Source of the DNA: Candidatus Binatus soli | Lineage (GTDB): Bacteria; Desulfobacterota; Binatia; Binatales; Binataceae | Direction of reading: 5' to 3' | Assembly (NCBI GenBank): GCA_002479255.1 | Contig: DLMJ01000021.1 | Location: 68,943 to 132,942 of the forward strand | DNA: 64,000 nucleotides | Shown here: piece by piece, positions 23,370 through 33,846 of the stretch | Position numbering within the stretch: position 1 is the first letter of the stretch | How the letters are laid out: each line of letters begins with the position of its first letter | Notes under the pieces: generated by a model | The model's input: the letters and a program-made list of their open reading frames with translations, nothing else | Database searches by the model: none | Told to the model about the DNA's origin: nothing | Made by a program: the position numbers and the translations under genes

Positions 23370-23650
23370 ACGCCGTGGGGGGAACTCTTTTCGACCGGAT
23401 TGTATACCGAGTACAGTTGCTCGGAATCGCGTGGATGTGGTTCTGCAGCTGGCTTTGGCTGGCGACCTTAGTCTATTTCCTTTATCGCAAATTCGGAGTT
23501 GACCACTGGCGCCCTCGTCGTCTCTCGGATGTCGTGCTTCTAGTGATTATACCGCCTCTCGCTGCGCTTCCGTTTGCCTTCACCAGATTCTCTCGCAAAT
23601 TGGTTCTTCGTTCCTCTGCCGCTGCCAGCGTTCGGCCGTCGCGCGATTAA
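23366..23650 (+). CDS. Hypothetical 2-TM membrane protein (AT-richer islet)
   Basis: 94-aa ORF with an ATGA overlap to the preceding gene and two hydrophobic helices. Confidence 0.35.
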   Translation: MNAVGGTLFDRIVYRVQLLGIAWMWFCSWLWLATLVYFLYRKFGVDHWRPRRLSDVVLLVIIPPLAALPFAFTRFSRKLVLRSSAAASVRPSRD

Positions 23651-23771
23651 AGCCATCGCCGGTACCGCGACGGAGTTTCTCTATGACGGTCTCAACCCTG
23701 TCCAGGAGCTGCAGTCGGGAACTCCAAGCGCCAATCTGCTGACGGGGCTCAGTGAAAACGGAAACCCGTAA
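23651..23771 (+). pseudogene. Orphan YD-repeat (Rhs-like) fragment
   Basis: Translation ...TEFLYDGLNPVQELQSGTPSANLLTGL... matches the YxYDxxGNL-type Rhs/YD repeat unit. It is only about 40 codons, with no core or toxin domain. Confidence 0.3.
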
Positions 23772-26186
23772 TCATAGGTTCAACGCGGGGAGCGGGATTG
23801 TCAGAGTGTCATAAACGGTAATTCTCGGACCGTAAGCGGCTTGAAAAACCCCAATCCCCGTCGTCGGCCTGATCAGGTTGGTGCGATCGAAGATGTTAAG
23901 AATCGTGATCCGGTTGCTCACTTCGCCGATCGATGGCACCTCGAAACTTCTCTGCCCGCTGAGATCAACCTGGACCACGTGCGACAGCGATTCCAAATCG
24001 GCAAAGCCTCCCCGCAAACCGCTGCTATAGAGAGCTTCGGCGCTGAAAACCCATGGCTTCCATCGATAGGTGATCCCGCCTGAGGCGCCGTAAAGCGGCT
24101 GATGATCGAGCACGATGTAGTGCCGGTTGATGTAGCCCAGCTCTTCCGGATCGAAGTTGAACTGCCCGGTCGCTACACCTTTCTCCATGTTCCTGCCGAT
24201 GGTGGTGCTGGCATGAATCGAGAAATTTGCACCACTGTACGTAACCGCGGTTTCCGTGCCCCAGATGTAGCCGTGCTTGTAGTTGAAGGGTGCAAAAATC
24301 GGCACTACCCCAAACTGTCCAATATCGAGGTAGTGTTTGGTGTATTCGTAGAAAGCATCTTCCGAGACGGTTATGTGGTTCGCCAGTTGATGAACCACGC
24401 CCGCATCCCACTCATAGTCGTCTTCGGTTTCGGGCGTGACCGTCCCGGTTCCCGCCAGGCCTGTCGTGCCGGCAAACGCGGCAGGCGCCCCCGGCGAGAT
24501 TCCCTGAAAGCTCGGCACCTGCATGTAGCGGGCGAACCCGCCATGGAGCGTGGTGTCGGGCCGTAGCAAATAGACGAGATTGATTGTGGGATCGATCTGA
24601 TTGTTGTAGGTAAAGCCGCTCAAACGATCCCATCGCACGCCGACATTGGCGCGTAGTCTCTCGGTCATTTGCCAGGTGTCTTGCAGGTAGATGCCGGACA
24701 CCAGATTGATCTTGTTGGTATTGTTGACTACCCGGACCGGGACGAAAGGAGGCCCTATCTGATGGCCGGCGGAATCGACTTTGAACACCCGAGAGTTATC
24801 GTCGGACTCCACCCCGTATTCACCAAGGTAGATGCCCGTGCCAAGTGTGTGGCTGCCAAGCTCGTAGGTCAGGTCACCCTCCAGAGTATTGTCGAGATCG
24901 CTGTGAAAGGCGGTTGACGCTACGCCTTGATAAAGAAGTTCGCCTACATTGTCGGGCTCGTAGGCCTGCGAGATATAGTGGGCCGAATATGCGAGCTGGT
25001 AGGAAAGTCCGGGCGCAGGCGCTCCATTCAGCGCCAATATGCCGAGATAGTCGCGAAAGTCGAGATAGGAGTTGATATCGGCCGACGGTTCGAAACCGGC
25101 ACCCGATAGCTGGAATTGAGGTGTGAGATTGGCCTGGTTGGGCAGTTGGTTGTCACTTGCAGCTACCGAGGTGATGAGACTCAGCCGGGTAGTTGGGTTC
25201 AAATCGTAGGCAAAGAAACCAAATGCCTGACCCTGATTGGTATGATCGTGAATTGCATCCGGCGCCGGCGTGGCGGAGCTGAACGCGGAGTTGCTTTGGC
25301 TATACAGTCCGCTTAGGTAGTAGCTGAACTTGCCGTCGCATCCGCCGTACTGGAAGCTCGGCTGAACCGTGTTGCGCTGCCCGCCGTACATGCTGACACT
25401 GCCACCGGGCTTGTCGCATCCGTCTTTGGTCTCGATGTTCAGCACTCCGCCGGTGGCGTAGCTGTAGCGCGACGGCAAGATGCCATCGAGGAGACTCATC
25501 TGCTTGATGAACATCGGATTTATCATCGAGAGGAAGGGTGGGTTGGTGTTGATGTCGAGCGGCACCGTGACGCCGTTTATCTGATACTGAAATTGCGGGC
25601 CTTCGGTGTTGCGGATGTGGATTTGCTGATTTTGATCGATCGCGACGCCGGGCATCTGCGCCAATACGTCGGTGAGATTGGTGTTGTCGCCGCGCGGCAG
25701 GTTGGAAATGTCCTGTGCGGTTACGGTGTACTTGTTTGCGCCTGTCGTGGAGACGCCATTGGGCGCACGCATCAGACTGGCCTGGACCGGAACGCTTAGC
25801 GCGGTCTCAGCATCAAGGCTCAGCAAGATCGGCTCTTCGCGGCTCGGCGGGAAGCCGACAATTTTGTTTGCGGACTTGAATCCGGGCTTCATCGCCACGA
25901 GCGAATAAACGCCCGGCTCAGCGGGAGCGATTTGGAACCGTCCGGCCCGGTCGGTGGTTGCGCGGGCGACCGCGGCGCCACTCTGGGTGCGTAATTCGAG
26001 GTTCACCTTGGCCAGCGGCCGGCCGAGCGCGTCGCTGACGGTGCCGGATATTTGTTGCGTGCCGGCTGAACAGGGGGACGCGAAGGCAAGCGCCAGCGAG
26101 AATGCGAGCGTGAGCGCGCGCCATATCGGCGTCGTAATGGCCGCCGATCTGGCGCCCCGGCAGAGGGTTGGTTGATACTTTGACAT
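23772..26186 (-). CDS. TonB-dependent receptor with N-terminal carboxypeptidase-regulatory-like (CarbopepD_reg) domain
   Basis: Signal peptide, then a Big-like domain (GTVSDALGRPLAKVNLEL..), plug, a 22-strand barrel and a C-terminal aromatic (..PLPALNL). The probable start is the ATG at 26186 (MSKYQ...); the ORF-track TTG at 26198 is the alternative. Confidence 0.85.
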   Translation of the reverse strand: MSKYQPTLCRGARSAAITTPIWRALTLAFSLALAFASPCSAGTQQISGTVSDALGRPLAKVNLELRTQSGAAVARATTDRAGRFQIAPAEPGVYSLVAMKPGFKSANKIVGFPPSREEPILLSLDAETALSVPVQASLMRAPNGVSTTGANKYTVTAQDISNLPRGDNTNLTDVLAQMPGVAIDQNQQIHIRNTEGPQFQYQINGVTVPLDINTNPPFLSMINPMFIKQMSLLDGILPSRYSYATGGVLNIETKDGCDKPGGSVSMYGGQRNTVQPSFQYGGCDGKFSYYLSGLYSQSNSAFSSATPAPDAIHDHTNQGQAFGFFAYDLNPTTRLSLITSVAASDNQLPNQANLTPQFQLSGAGFEPSADINSYLDFRDYLGILALNGAPAPGLSYQLAYSAHYISQAYEPDNVGELLYQGVASTAFHSDLDNTLEGDLTYELGSHTLGTGIYLGEYGVESDDNSRVFKVDSAGHQIGPPFVPVRVVNNTNKINLVSGIYLQDTWQMTERLRANVGVRWDRLSGFTYNNQIDPTINLVYLLRPDTTLHGGFARYMQVPSFQGISPGAPAAFAGTTGLAGTGTVTPETEDDYEWDAGVVHQLANHITVSEDAFYEYTKHYLDIGQFGVVPIFAPFNYKHGYIWGTETAVTYSGANFSIHASTTIGRNMEKGVATGQFNFDPEELGYINRHYIVLDHQPLYGASGGITYRWKPWVFSAEALYSSGLRGGFADLESLSHVVQVDLSGQRSFEVPSIGEVSNRITILNIFDRTNLIRPTTGIGVFQAAYGPRITVYDTLTIPLPALNL

Positions 26187-26389
26187 ACTAGAAGACAATG
26201 AGAATCATTATCAATAGCCCACGCGCCAGTTTTGGTCAAACGCCCGCTCACCCTCCGGCTGCTCTCCGCCCAGGGAATCGCCGGCCCAAGCGACACGATG
26301 TGGCCGGCCACGTTCGTGCGAGCCGGGTTCTTCGCGCTTGAATGGAACCTGATCGCTGGTAGTAAGATGCGATCATTGGAGGAAGCACA

Positions 26390-26995
26390 GTGACAAAACT
26401 TTACGGAACTTCACGATCGCGCAGCGCTCGGTCCTTGTGGGCTCTCGAAGAACTCGGCGTCAAATACGAGCACGTTCCGATTGCGACGGCCGAAGCCAAG
26501 TCGGCCGAGAATCTCAAACGCAATCCCAACGGGCACGTGCCGGTGCTTGAAGACGACGGCGTGGTGGTTTGGGAATCGATGGCGATCAATCTCTACCTGG
26601 CCGAAAAGTACGGGAAGAATTCGCTGTGGCCGCCGGACCCCGCCGCCCACGCCGACATCTACAAGTGGAGCTTCTGGGCGATGAGCGAGGTCGAGCCGCA
26701 TCTCATCACGCTCTTGCGCAATCGAGTAATGAATCCCCCCGAGCAGCGTGACGAAAAAGCCGCGCAGGCTGCCGTCGAAACTTTGAAGGCGCCGCTGAAC
26801 GCGCTCGAGGAATCGCTCAAGGGCAAGGAATATCTGCTCGGCAAGAACTTTACGATCGCGGACTTGAACGTGGCCGCCGTCATGAGCTGGGCGCCGATGA
26901 TGAAGCTCGACTTGTCGTCGACTCCGAACGTGCAGGCGTGGTTGCAAAAGTGTCTTGGGCGGGAAGCCAATAAGAAGGTTCGCGGGCTGAAGTAG
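26390..26995 (+). CDS. Glutathione S-transferase
   Basis: Thioredoxin-like N-domain (LYG...S.RS..V.W.L.EL) and ES..I motif, plus an alpha-helical C-domain; GTG start. Confidence 0.85.
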   Translation: MTKLYGTSRSRSARSLWALEELGVKYEHVPIATAEAKSAENLKRNPNGHVPVLEDDGVVVWESMAINLYLAEKYGKNSLWPPDPAAHADIYKWSFWAMSEVEPHLITLLRNRVMNPPEQRDEKAAQAAVETLKAPLNALEESLKGKEYLLGKNFTIADLNVAAVMSWAPMMKLDLSSTPNVQAWLQKCLGREANKKVRGLK

Positions 26996-27113
26996 TCGAT
27001 CATCGCGACCGCCTGTAGAACGGGGTACCGATCAGCGGGTCGGCGCGCGGCTTGTGTTAAGGTTGTGCGTCAAATCGCGCCGGCTCAATCGCGCCGACGG
27101 TGAGGTGAGAACT

Positions 27114-28301
27114 ATGGGAGTGTTGTCAGGCTATCGCGTCATCGAACTGGCCGGGATTGGCCCCGGACCAATGTGTGCGATGCTGCTCTCGGACATGGGC
27201 GCCGACGTGCTACGCATCGATCGCGCGACGGACGCGGGCTTGGGCATCGCGCTGGAAACGAAATACAGCCTGCTCAATCGCGGGCGGCGCTCGGTGGCGT
27301 TCGATCTCAAACGGCCCGAAGCGACAGCGGCCGTGTTGCGGCTGGTCGAGAAAGCGGACGCATTGATCGAAGGCTTCCGTCCCGGCGTAACCGAGCGGCT
27401 CGGCCTGGGTCCCGACCGCTGCCTCGCGCGCAATCCCCGCCTGATCTACGGACGCATGACGGGATGGGGACAGGAAGGGCCGCTGGCGCATGCGGCCGGT
27501 CACGACATCAACTACATCGCGCTGTCCGGCGCGCTGCACAGCATCGGGCGCAAGGGCGAGGCTCCGGTTCCGCCGCTGAACCTGGTTGGCGATTTCGGGG
27601 GCGGCGCACTTTACCTGGCGCTGGGAGTGGTCGCGGGGCTGCTTGAGGCGCAGAAATCCGGCAAGGGCCAGGTGGTGGATGCCGCGATGGTGGATGGAGC
27701 GGCGTCGTTGATGACCGCGATCTACGGTCTGCACGGTTCGGGTTTATGGAACAACGAACGCGGCGACAACGTCCTCGACACGGGCGCTCATTTCTACGAG
27801 GTTTACGAAACCAGGGACGGCAAGCACGTCGCGATCGGATCGATCGAAGCAAAGTTCTACAAGGAATTGCTCCGGCTGTCGGGCCTCAAGGGCGAGAATC
27901 TGCCGGGTCAAGTCGATCGCAAATCGTGGCCTGCGATGAAGGAGCGGCTGAAGACGCTGTTCCGCACCAGGACGCGCGACGAATGGTGCAAGATCATGGA
28001 GGGCAGCGACGTTTGTTTCGCGCCGGTGCTCAGCATGGATGAAGCGCCGCGCCATCCGCACAATCGGCATCGCGGAACTTTCGTCGAGCACGGGGGCGTG
28101 ACGCAGCCGGGGCCGGCGCCCCGATTCAGCCGGACGCCGAGCGCGATTCAGCGCCTGCCGGCAAGGCCGGGCGAGCATAGCGAAGAAGCGTTGCGCGACT
28201 GGGGCTTCGCCGACTCGGATTTGGAGAGGCTGCGCAAATGCGGCGCGGTCGCGCAAAGTCAGCGTGACCGCAAAGTCAGCGTGACGCGGCGCGAAGCCTA
28301 G
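27114..28301 (+). CDS. CoA-transferase family III (CaiB/BaiF/Frc-like)
   Basis: ATG at 27114 with a GAGGTGA RBS. N-terminal [27 protein letters not shown] consensus of family III CoA-transferases. Confidence 0.85.
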   Translation: MGVLSGYRVIELAGIGPGPMCAMLLSDMGADVLRIDRATDAGLGIALETKYSLLNRGRRSVAFDLKRPEATAAVLRLVEKADALIEGFRPGVTERLGLGPDRCLARNPRLIYGRMTGWGQEGPLAHAAGHDINYIALSGALHSIGRKGEAPVPPLNLVGDFGGGALYLALGVVAGLLEAQKSGKGQVVDAAMVDGAASLMTAIYGLHGSGLWNNERGDNVLDTGAHFYEVYETRDGKHVAIGSIEAKFYKELLRLSGLKGENLPGQVDRKSWPAMKERLKTLFRTRTRDEWCKIMEGSDVCFAPVLSMDEAPRHPHNRHRGTFVEHGGVTQPGPAPRFSRTPSAIQRLPARPGEHSEEALRDWGFADSDLERLRKCGAVAQSQRDRKVSVTRREA

Positions 28302-29206
28302 GCGCGACCGGTCAGACGAGCGCGTTCCAGCACGCCTTCGAAGATTCGCACCGCGACCGCGTCAATGAGCATCCCGCCCGCGCCGGCAGCGCCCGCGCCT
28401 TCGCGCGTGGCGGCCTGGTAGGCCTCGGACATTTTGCGCGCGGTTTCAATTTCGTGCGGCGTCGGCGCGAACACGTCGTTGGCGATTTCGATCTGGCTCG
28501 GGTGTATTGCCCACTTGCCGACCGCGCCAAGCGTCGCCGCCCAGGTGGCCTCGCGCCGATAGCCTTCCGGATCCCTGAAGTTACCAAAGGGTCCATCGAT
28601 TGCGTCGATGCCGTTGGCACGGCACGCGGTGATCATGCGGACGCGCGCATGATGCCACATATCGCCGGGATATCGATTTGCCGGATCGGACGCGACGCCG
28701 AAGCGCATGCCCTGGCTCGCCGAAAGATCGCCGAAGCCGAGGATCAGAGCCTCCAGCCGCGGCGACGACGCGGCAATTTCCTCGACGCGGGCGAGCGCCG
28801 CACTTTCTTCGATCAGCGCCTCGAGGCCGATCTTGTTCTTCAGATGGAGCTTGGTCTCAAGCTGGGTCAGCAGCGTGTCGAAGAACCAGATGTCGCGCGG
28901 CGCCTTCGGCTTCGGGACGATTATGATATCGAGCTTGTCACCCGCGCCCTCGACAACTTCGATCACATCGTCATGCGCCCAGTGCGTGTCCGCACCGTTG
29001 ACGCGCACGGCGCGAATCTTTTTGCCCCAATCGAGATTGCGGAGCGCCTCGATGGCGTTCTTGCGCGCCGCCTCTTTCTGCGACGGCGCGACGGCATCTT
29101 CAAGATCGAGGAAAACCATGTCGGCCGCGGTCCCCATCGCCTTCTCGAACATTTTGGGACTCGAAGCCGGCGTCGAAAGTTCGGAACGTCTTAGTCGAAG
29201 CGTCAT
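28298..29206 (-). CDS. CitE/HpcH-family acyl-CoA lyase (citramalyl-/malyl-CoA lyase-like)
   Basis: VFLDLEDAV motif and the general CitE beta-subunit architecture. Last gene of the operon. Confidence 0.85.
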   Translation of the reverse strand: MTLRLRRSELSTPASSPKMFEKAMGTAADMVFLDLEDAVAPSQKEAARKNAIEALRNLDWGKKIRAVRVNGADTHWAHDDVIEVVEGAGDKLDIIIVPKPKAPRDIWFFDTLLTQLETKLHLKNKIGLEALIEESAALARVEEIAASSPRLEALILGFGDLSASQGMRFGVASDPANRYPGDMWHHARVRMITACRANGIDAIDGPFGNFRDPEGYRREATWAATLGAVGKWAIHPSQIEIANDVFAPTPHEIETARKMSEAYQAATREGAGAAGAGGMLIDAVAVRIFEGVLERARLTGRA

Positions 29207-30414
29207 GATTGCTCCTTGTGCGCGATTGATATTCCCGCCTCAGCGAGTATCTGCTCGGTATTTTCGCCCAAGCGCGGCGCGCGCGCGTAAATCCCCGACG
29301 GCGTACCCGTCAGCTTGATCGGACATCCCGCCAGCACCAGTGGAGGATTGTCGCCCGGCTGTTCTACCTCGATCAGCATGCCGCGCGCCCTCGGATGCGG
29401 ATCCTCGAAGATATCCTTGGCGCTGTTGACCGGGCCAACCGGCGCCTTGCCGCCGATCGCGGCTACGATTTCGCGCGTGCTATGCGCTTTCGTCCACTCC
29501 GAGATAAGGCCGCGCACGAAATCGGCATTTGCGACTCGCCTCCTGCCGTTGCGGGTGCGGTCGTCGCTCACAAGCTCGGGCCTGCCGATCGCATCGCACA
29601 GAATCTTCCAATGATTCTCGCCGGGCGCCGCGATGGCGACGGCGCCGTCGCGCGTGGGAAAAATATCGAATGGACACAGCACCGGGGTCCCGTTGCCGGC
29701 CGGTTCCCTGATGACGCCGGCGCCCGCGTAGCTGTAAACGATCATTTCGCACAGGGCGAGAACCGCGTCGTACATCGCTACGTCGAGAAATTGTCCCTGC
29801 CCGGTCCGACGCGCTGCATGAATCGCCGACACCACTCCAAGCGCGGCCAGCGTGCCGGGATAGATGTCGCCGACCGCGGGGCCGGCTCTGTAGCCGGCGC
29901 TGCCTTGCGGACCCGTGACGGCGACCAACCCGCCCATGCTTTGCGCAACGATGTCGAACGCGGGCCAATCCGCATACGGGCTCAGGCCGGTCCGCGGATC
30001 TCCGAAGCCGCGAATCGCGGCATAGACGAGGGCGGGATTAATTTCGCGCAGCCGCTCGTAGCCGATTCCCGCGCGATCCATCACGCCGACCTTCGCATTC
30101 TCGACGACCGCGTCCGCCGTCTTCGCGAGCCTGAAAAGCGCGGCGCGGCCGGCGTCGGTCTTGATGTCGAGCACGATGCTGCGCTTGTTGCGATTGACGC
30201 TGGCAAAGTAACCGCCGTAGTCACAGCCCTTTCGATCGGCAGGATGCGGTCCGATGCTTCTGCTCATGTCGCCGCCGGGCGGCTCGACCTTGACCACGTC
30301 GGCGCCAAGGTCAGCCAGCAGCATCGTGCAGTACGGACCGGCCAGCGCCTGCGTCAGATCGAGGATGCGAACATCCGACAACGGCCCCGTGCGCGCGTTC
30401 AACGATTGCCCCAA
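29203..30414 (-). CDS. CoA-transferase family III (itaconate/succinyl-CoA:dicarboxylate CoA-transferase-like)
   Basis: VRILDLTQALAGPYCTMLLADLGADVVKVE family III signature. It has a 4-nt overlap with the lyase gene. Confidence 0.85.
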   Translation of the reverse strand: MGQSLNARTGPLSDVRILDLTQALAGPYCTMLLADLGADVVKVEPPGGDMSRSIGPHPADRKGCDYGGYFASVNRNKRSIVLDIKTDAGRAALFRLAKTADAVVENAKVGVMDRAGIGYERLREINPALVYAAIRGFGDPRTGLSPYADWPAFDIVAQSMGGLVAVTGPQGSAGYRAGPAVGDIYPGTLAALGVVSAIHAARRTGQGQFLDVAMYDAVLALCEMIVYSYAGAGVIREPAGNGTPVLCPFDIFPTRDGAVAIAAPGENHWKILCDAIGRPELVSDDRTRNGRRRVANADFVRGLISEWTKAHSTREIVAAIGGKAPVGPVNSAKDIFEDPHPRARGMLIEVEQPGDNPPLVLAGCPIKLTGTPSGIYARAPRLGENTEQILAEAGISIAHKEQS

Positions 30415-30884
30415 TGCGAGCGTCGCTTGATCAGCACCGTGCGCTCGCCTTCGAAGACGATCGTCCCGTCATGCTTGGTTCCCCAATGCTTGAAGCGGAC
30501 GATGCCGGCGTCGGCGCGATCGGCGTCGCGCTTTTCAAGAACTTCGCTATAGGCGTACAGCGTGTCGCCATGAAAGACCGGCGAGGTGAACCTGATTCCC
30601 GTCAAGCCGAGTTCGGCGAGCGCATTTTCGCCCGTGTCCTGCGTCGCCAGCCCGATGCACACCGAGCCGGTCACCAACCCGAAGACGAGCCGCTGGCCGA
30701 ATTGCGTCGAGCGCATGCGATGCTCGTTGTAGTGGCTGTCGGCGGTGTTCAGCACGAGCTTGGTGAGCATCTGATTTTCGACCTCGCCGATGGTGGTGCC
30801 GCGTGCGTGACGCAATTTCGCGCCGACTTCGAAGTCTTCGAAGTAATTGCCGGCGCCGGTCAGCTTCGAGATCGATGCGCTCAT
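30399..30884 (-). CDS. MaoC-like (R)-hydratase hot-dog subunit
   Basis: 161-aa hot-dog fold with a MaoC dehydratase pattern. Confidence 0.8.
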   Translation of the reverse strand: MSASISKLTGAGNYFEDFEVGAKLRHARGTTIGEVENQMLTKLVLNTADSHYNEHRMRSTQFGQRLVFGLVTGSVCIGLATQDTGENALAELGLTGIRFTSPVFHGDTLYAYSEVLEKRDADRADAGIVRFKHWGTKHDGTIVFEGERTVLIKRRSHWGNR

Positions 30885-30895
30885 TTTTTACCTTT

Positions 30896-32071
30896 TCACC
30901 TTCTCGCTCTCGGCAGCAGACGATCGGAGATAATCCGCAGCTGGATTTCGGAAGTTCCCTCGAAAATCTTGGTCAGACGCGCGTCGCGCCAGTAGCGCTC
31001 GAGCGGAAAGTCCTTGGTGTATCCGTAGCCGCCGTGAATCTGAATCGCCTCGCTGGTGACGCGCTCGGACATTTCGGAGGCGAACAGCTTCGCCATCGAA
31101 GCCTCCTTGTCGCATCGCCGCCTGCCGTCAATTTCGGTGGCGACAAAGTGGGTCAACTGGCGCGCGGCTTCGATCTCGGTCGCCATCTCGGCCAGCTTGA
31201 AGCGAATCGCCTGGAATTCTCCGATCGGCTGCCCGAATTGGACCCGCGTCTGCGCGTATGCCAATGAGTCTTCGAGTCCGCCGCGTGCAAGCCCGATCGC
31301 TCGCGCCGCGGTATGCACCCGGGCGACCTCGAGTCCGCTGACCGCGCCGTAGAATCCCTTGCCCTCGCCGCGGTCTTCGCGCTCGCGGCCGAGCAACGCG
31401 TCGGCCGGCAGCTTGAAGTTGTCGAAGTGCAGCTCCCACGTCTTCCAGCCGAAGTAGCCGATCTTGCGAATCGGCGAACCCGTCAGCCCCGGCGGAAACT
31501 TGTCGCGTTCTTTGAGGACGAGGAATTGACTGATGCCTTCGTGGCGGCGGTGTGGATCGGACGGTTGCTTGGTGCGCGCCAGCACCGAGATGAAATCCGC
31601 GCCGTCGGCAAACGTGCACCACATTTTGCTGCCGTTCAGCATCCAGCCATCGCCGTCGCGGGTCGCTTTGCACGAGACGTTGGCGAGATCTGAGCCCGCC
31701 TCTGCCTCCGACAGCGCAGCCGCGCCGAGGAATTCTCCACGCGCCATCCGCGGCAGATATTGGCGCCTTTGCTCCGCCGTGAAACCGCCGCCGAGTCCGT
31801 TGCCGCGCGCGATTATGCTGGCGACGCTCATCCATGCGCGCGCGAGTTCTTCGGTGATCAGCACGTACTCGAACGCCCCCAGGCCAAGTCCGCCATACGC
31901 CTCCGGGATGACGATTCCGAAGTAGCCCATCTCGGCAAGCTTGTCCCGCAACGACATCGGGATATCGCCTTGTTCGGGATCGAGCTTGTTCGCAAGCGGC
32001 AGAACTTCGTTCATGGCGAAATCGCGCGCCGCCTGCTGAATCATCCGCCGCTCGTCGGTCATGTAACTCAC
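30896..32071 (-). CDS. Acyl-CoA dehydrogenase
   Basis: Full ACAD architecture with a catalytic Glu near the C-terminus (..IFEGTSEIQ..). Confidence 0.9.
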   Translation of the reverse strand: MSYMTDERRMIQQAARDFAMNEVLPLANKLDPEQGDIPMSLRDKLAEMGYFGIVIPEAYGGLGLGAFEYVLITEELARAWMSVASIIARGNGLGGGFTAEQRRQYLPRMARGEFLGAAALSEAEAGSDLANVSCKATRDGDGWMLNGSKMWCTFADGADFISVLARTKQPSDPHRRHEGISQFLVLKERDKFPPGLTGSPIRKIGYFGWKTWELHFDNFKLPADALLGREREDRGEGKGFYGAVSGLEVARVHTAARAIGLARGGLEDSLAYAQTRVQFGQPIGEFQAIRFKLAEMATEIEAARQLTHFVATEIDGRRRCDKEASMAKLFASEMSERVTSEAIQIHGGYGYTKDFPLERYWRDARLTKIFEGTSEIQLRIISDRLLPRARR

Positions 32072-32562
32072 TGTGGCGCTCCTCTGCGTTTGGCGACCAG
32101 GTTCGTCCGCTCGTAGCTGATGACGAGTTCATCGCGCTGATTGCGGGCTTCGGTACGCCACGTGACGATTCCGAAGTTGCCGCGGCTTGCGGATTCGCGC
32201 GTGGAGATGACGGTGCTGCGCGCGGTCAGCGTATCGCCCGGATAGACCGGGCGGTGAAATTCCAACCCGTTGATGCCGAGAAACGGTCCGCCCGCTTCGC
32301 TCAAATCCTCGACCGAAATGCCGACCACCGTGCACGCGACCAGCATCGGATTAACCACCACGTCGGGATGACCGTGCGCGCGGGCATACTCGGCGTTGAA
32401 GTACAGCGGGCAATGCGCGAGCGTCGCGGTGGTGAAAATCGAATTGTCGCCGGCGTTTATCGTGCGCCCCCAATGATGCTCGAAAACCTGGCCTTGGTGG
32501 AATTCTTCGAACGAATGGCCTTTCGGCACGAGTTTGAACTGACTGAAATCGGGATCTGCCAT
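32068..32562 (-). CDS. MaoC-like hydratase hot-dog subunit (second subunit)
   Basis: ATG at 32562 (MADPDFSQF...) with an AGGAG RBS 9 nt upstream. The ORF-track TTG at 32580 is rejected. It has a 4-nt overlap with the ACAD start. Confidence 0.8.
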   Translation of the reverse strand: MADPDFSQFKLVPKGHSFEEFHQGQVFEHHWGRTINAGDNSIFTTATLAHCPLYFNAEYARAHGHPDVVVNPMLVACTVVGISVEDLSEAGGPFLGINGLEFHRPVYPGDTLTARSTVISTRESASRGNFGIVTWRTEARNQRDELVISYERTNLVAKRRGAPQ

Positions 32563-32752
32563 GGACCATGCTCCTAGCAAAACTCTCGTCGCGCGGCGAA
32601 CTCCGACAACGGGTTTCTAATCGCTATGCGACGCCGTTAATTTGCGACTATTGCACGGACCCGCGGCTTTCAGGAAATGGCCCTATCGACAGCTTCAGCG
32701 CGATTCCAGCCGCCGGCATTCTTCGCGAACTGAATCCGCGAAAATTGTGAGC

Positions 32753-33715
32753 CTAAGGGATCAGAAGAACCCTGCCCACTGCCTGCCGGCTCTCGATGTA
32801 AGCGTGGGCTGCCGCGGCCTCCGATAGAGGGAAGGTTCGATCGATCACGACCTTGAATTCGCCTCTGGCGATCTCGTCGATCAGGCGCTGGATCATATTG
32901 TGCACGCGCTCGGTGCCAATTTCGGCACCCAGAAAAACTCCCGTCAAAGAGCGGTTGCCTGCCATCAGCGGGGAGACGTCCACCGTCATCGGTTCGCGTC
33001 CCGCCGCGCCGACCATCGAGACGCGGCCGCGATAGGCAAGCGATAGAAGGCTGCCCTGCAAGGTCGCGCCGCCGACCGGGTCAACAACGAGATCGACGCC
33101 CCTCTGATTGGTAATTTTCATGACCGACTTTACGACGTCATCGGTCCGGTAGTTGATCCCATGATCGAGGCCGAGCGGCTTCAGCCGTTCCAGCCGCTCA
33201 TCGCTCGATGCTGTCGCGAGCACTGTCGCGCCTGCCCGCTTGGCGAGCTGAATTGCGGCAACGCCGACACCGCTCGCGCCCGCCTGCACCAGAACCGTTT
33301 CTCCCGCCTTGAGCCGGCCGTACTCAAACAGGCAATCGTCGGCGGTGCCGAACGGCACGGGGATCGCTGCCGCAAGCTTGACGTCGAATCCTTTTGGGAC
33401 CGGCCATGCGTTGCGGGCCGGCACCGCTCGCAGCGCGGCGTGAGAGCCGAAGTTGTAAACGGTAGTTACCTTCTGGCCGACCCGCAGGTTGGTCACCTGC
33501 GAACCAACCTCGACAATCTCGCCAGCGGCCTGGTAGCCAACCACATGCGGCTTGGTGAGCAGTGCTCCATGCCAACGATTGAGCGTGTCGCCGCCCTCGA
33601 TGCTCACCGCCTCGACGCGGATCACAACGCCTTTCGGATGGCATACGGGATCGGGAACATCCTCGTACTTGAGAACCTCCGGACCACCGTTTTGATAATA
33701 GACAGCAGCCTTCAT
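32753..33715 (-). CDS. Zinc-independent MDR-family NADPH:quinone oxidoreductase / alcohol dehydrogenase-like
   Basis: GroES-like N-domain and a Rossmann GASGVGVAAIQLAK motif. Confidence 0.85.
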   Translation of the reverse strand: MKAAVYYQNGGPEVLKYEDVPDPVCHPKGVVIRVEAVSIEGGDTLNRWHGALLTKPHVVGYQAAGEIVEVGSQVTNLRVGQKVTTVYNFGSHAALRAVPARNAWPVPKGFDVKLAAAIPVPFGTADDCLFEYGRLKAGETVLVQAGASGVGVAAIQLAKRAGATVLATASSDERLERLKPLGLDHGINYRTDDVVKSVMKITNQRGVDLVVDPVGGATLQGSLLSLAYRGRVSMVGAAGREPMTVDVSPLMAGNRSLTGVFLGAEIGTERVHNMIQRLIDEIARGEFKVVIDRTFPLSEAAAAHAYIESRQAVGRVLLIP

Positions 33716-33846
33716 CGCGCATCTCCTCCAATCAGTTTGCCGTCAGCGGCATCAGCCTCGCTGATGATCTAGTACGAATTCGCACAATTGTCGCGCGTCG
33801 ATAAGAGTGCGGCGGCGGGCGTTCCTCCGCTATAATCCATCCCAAG

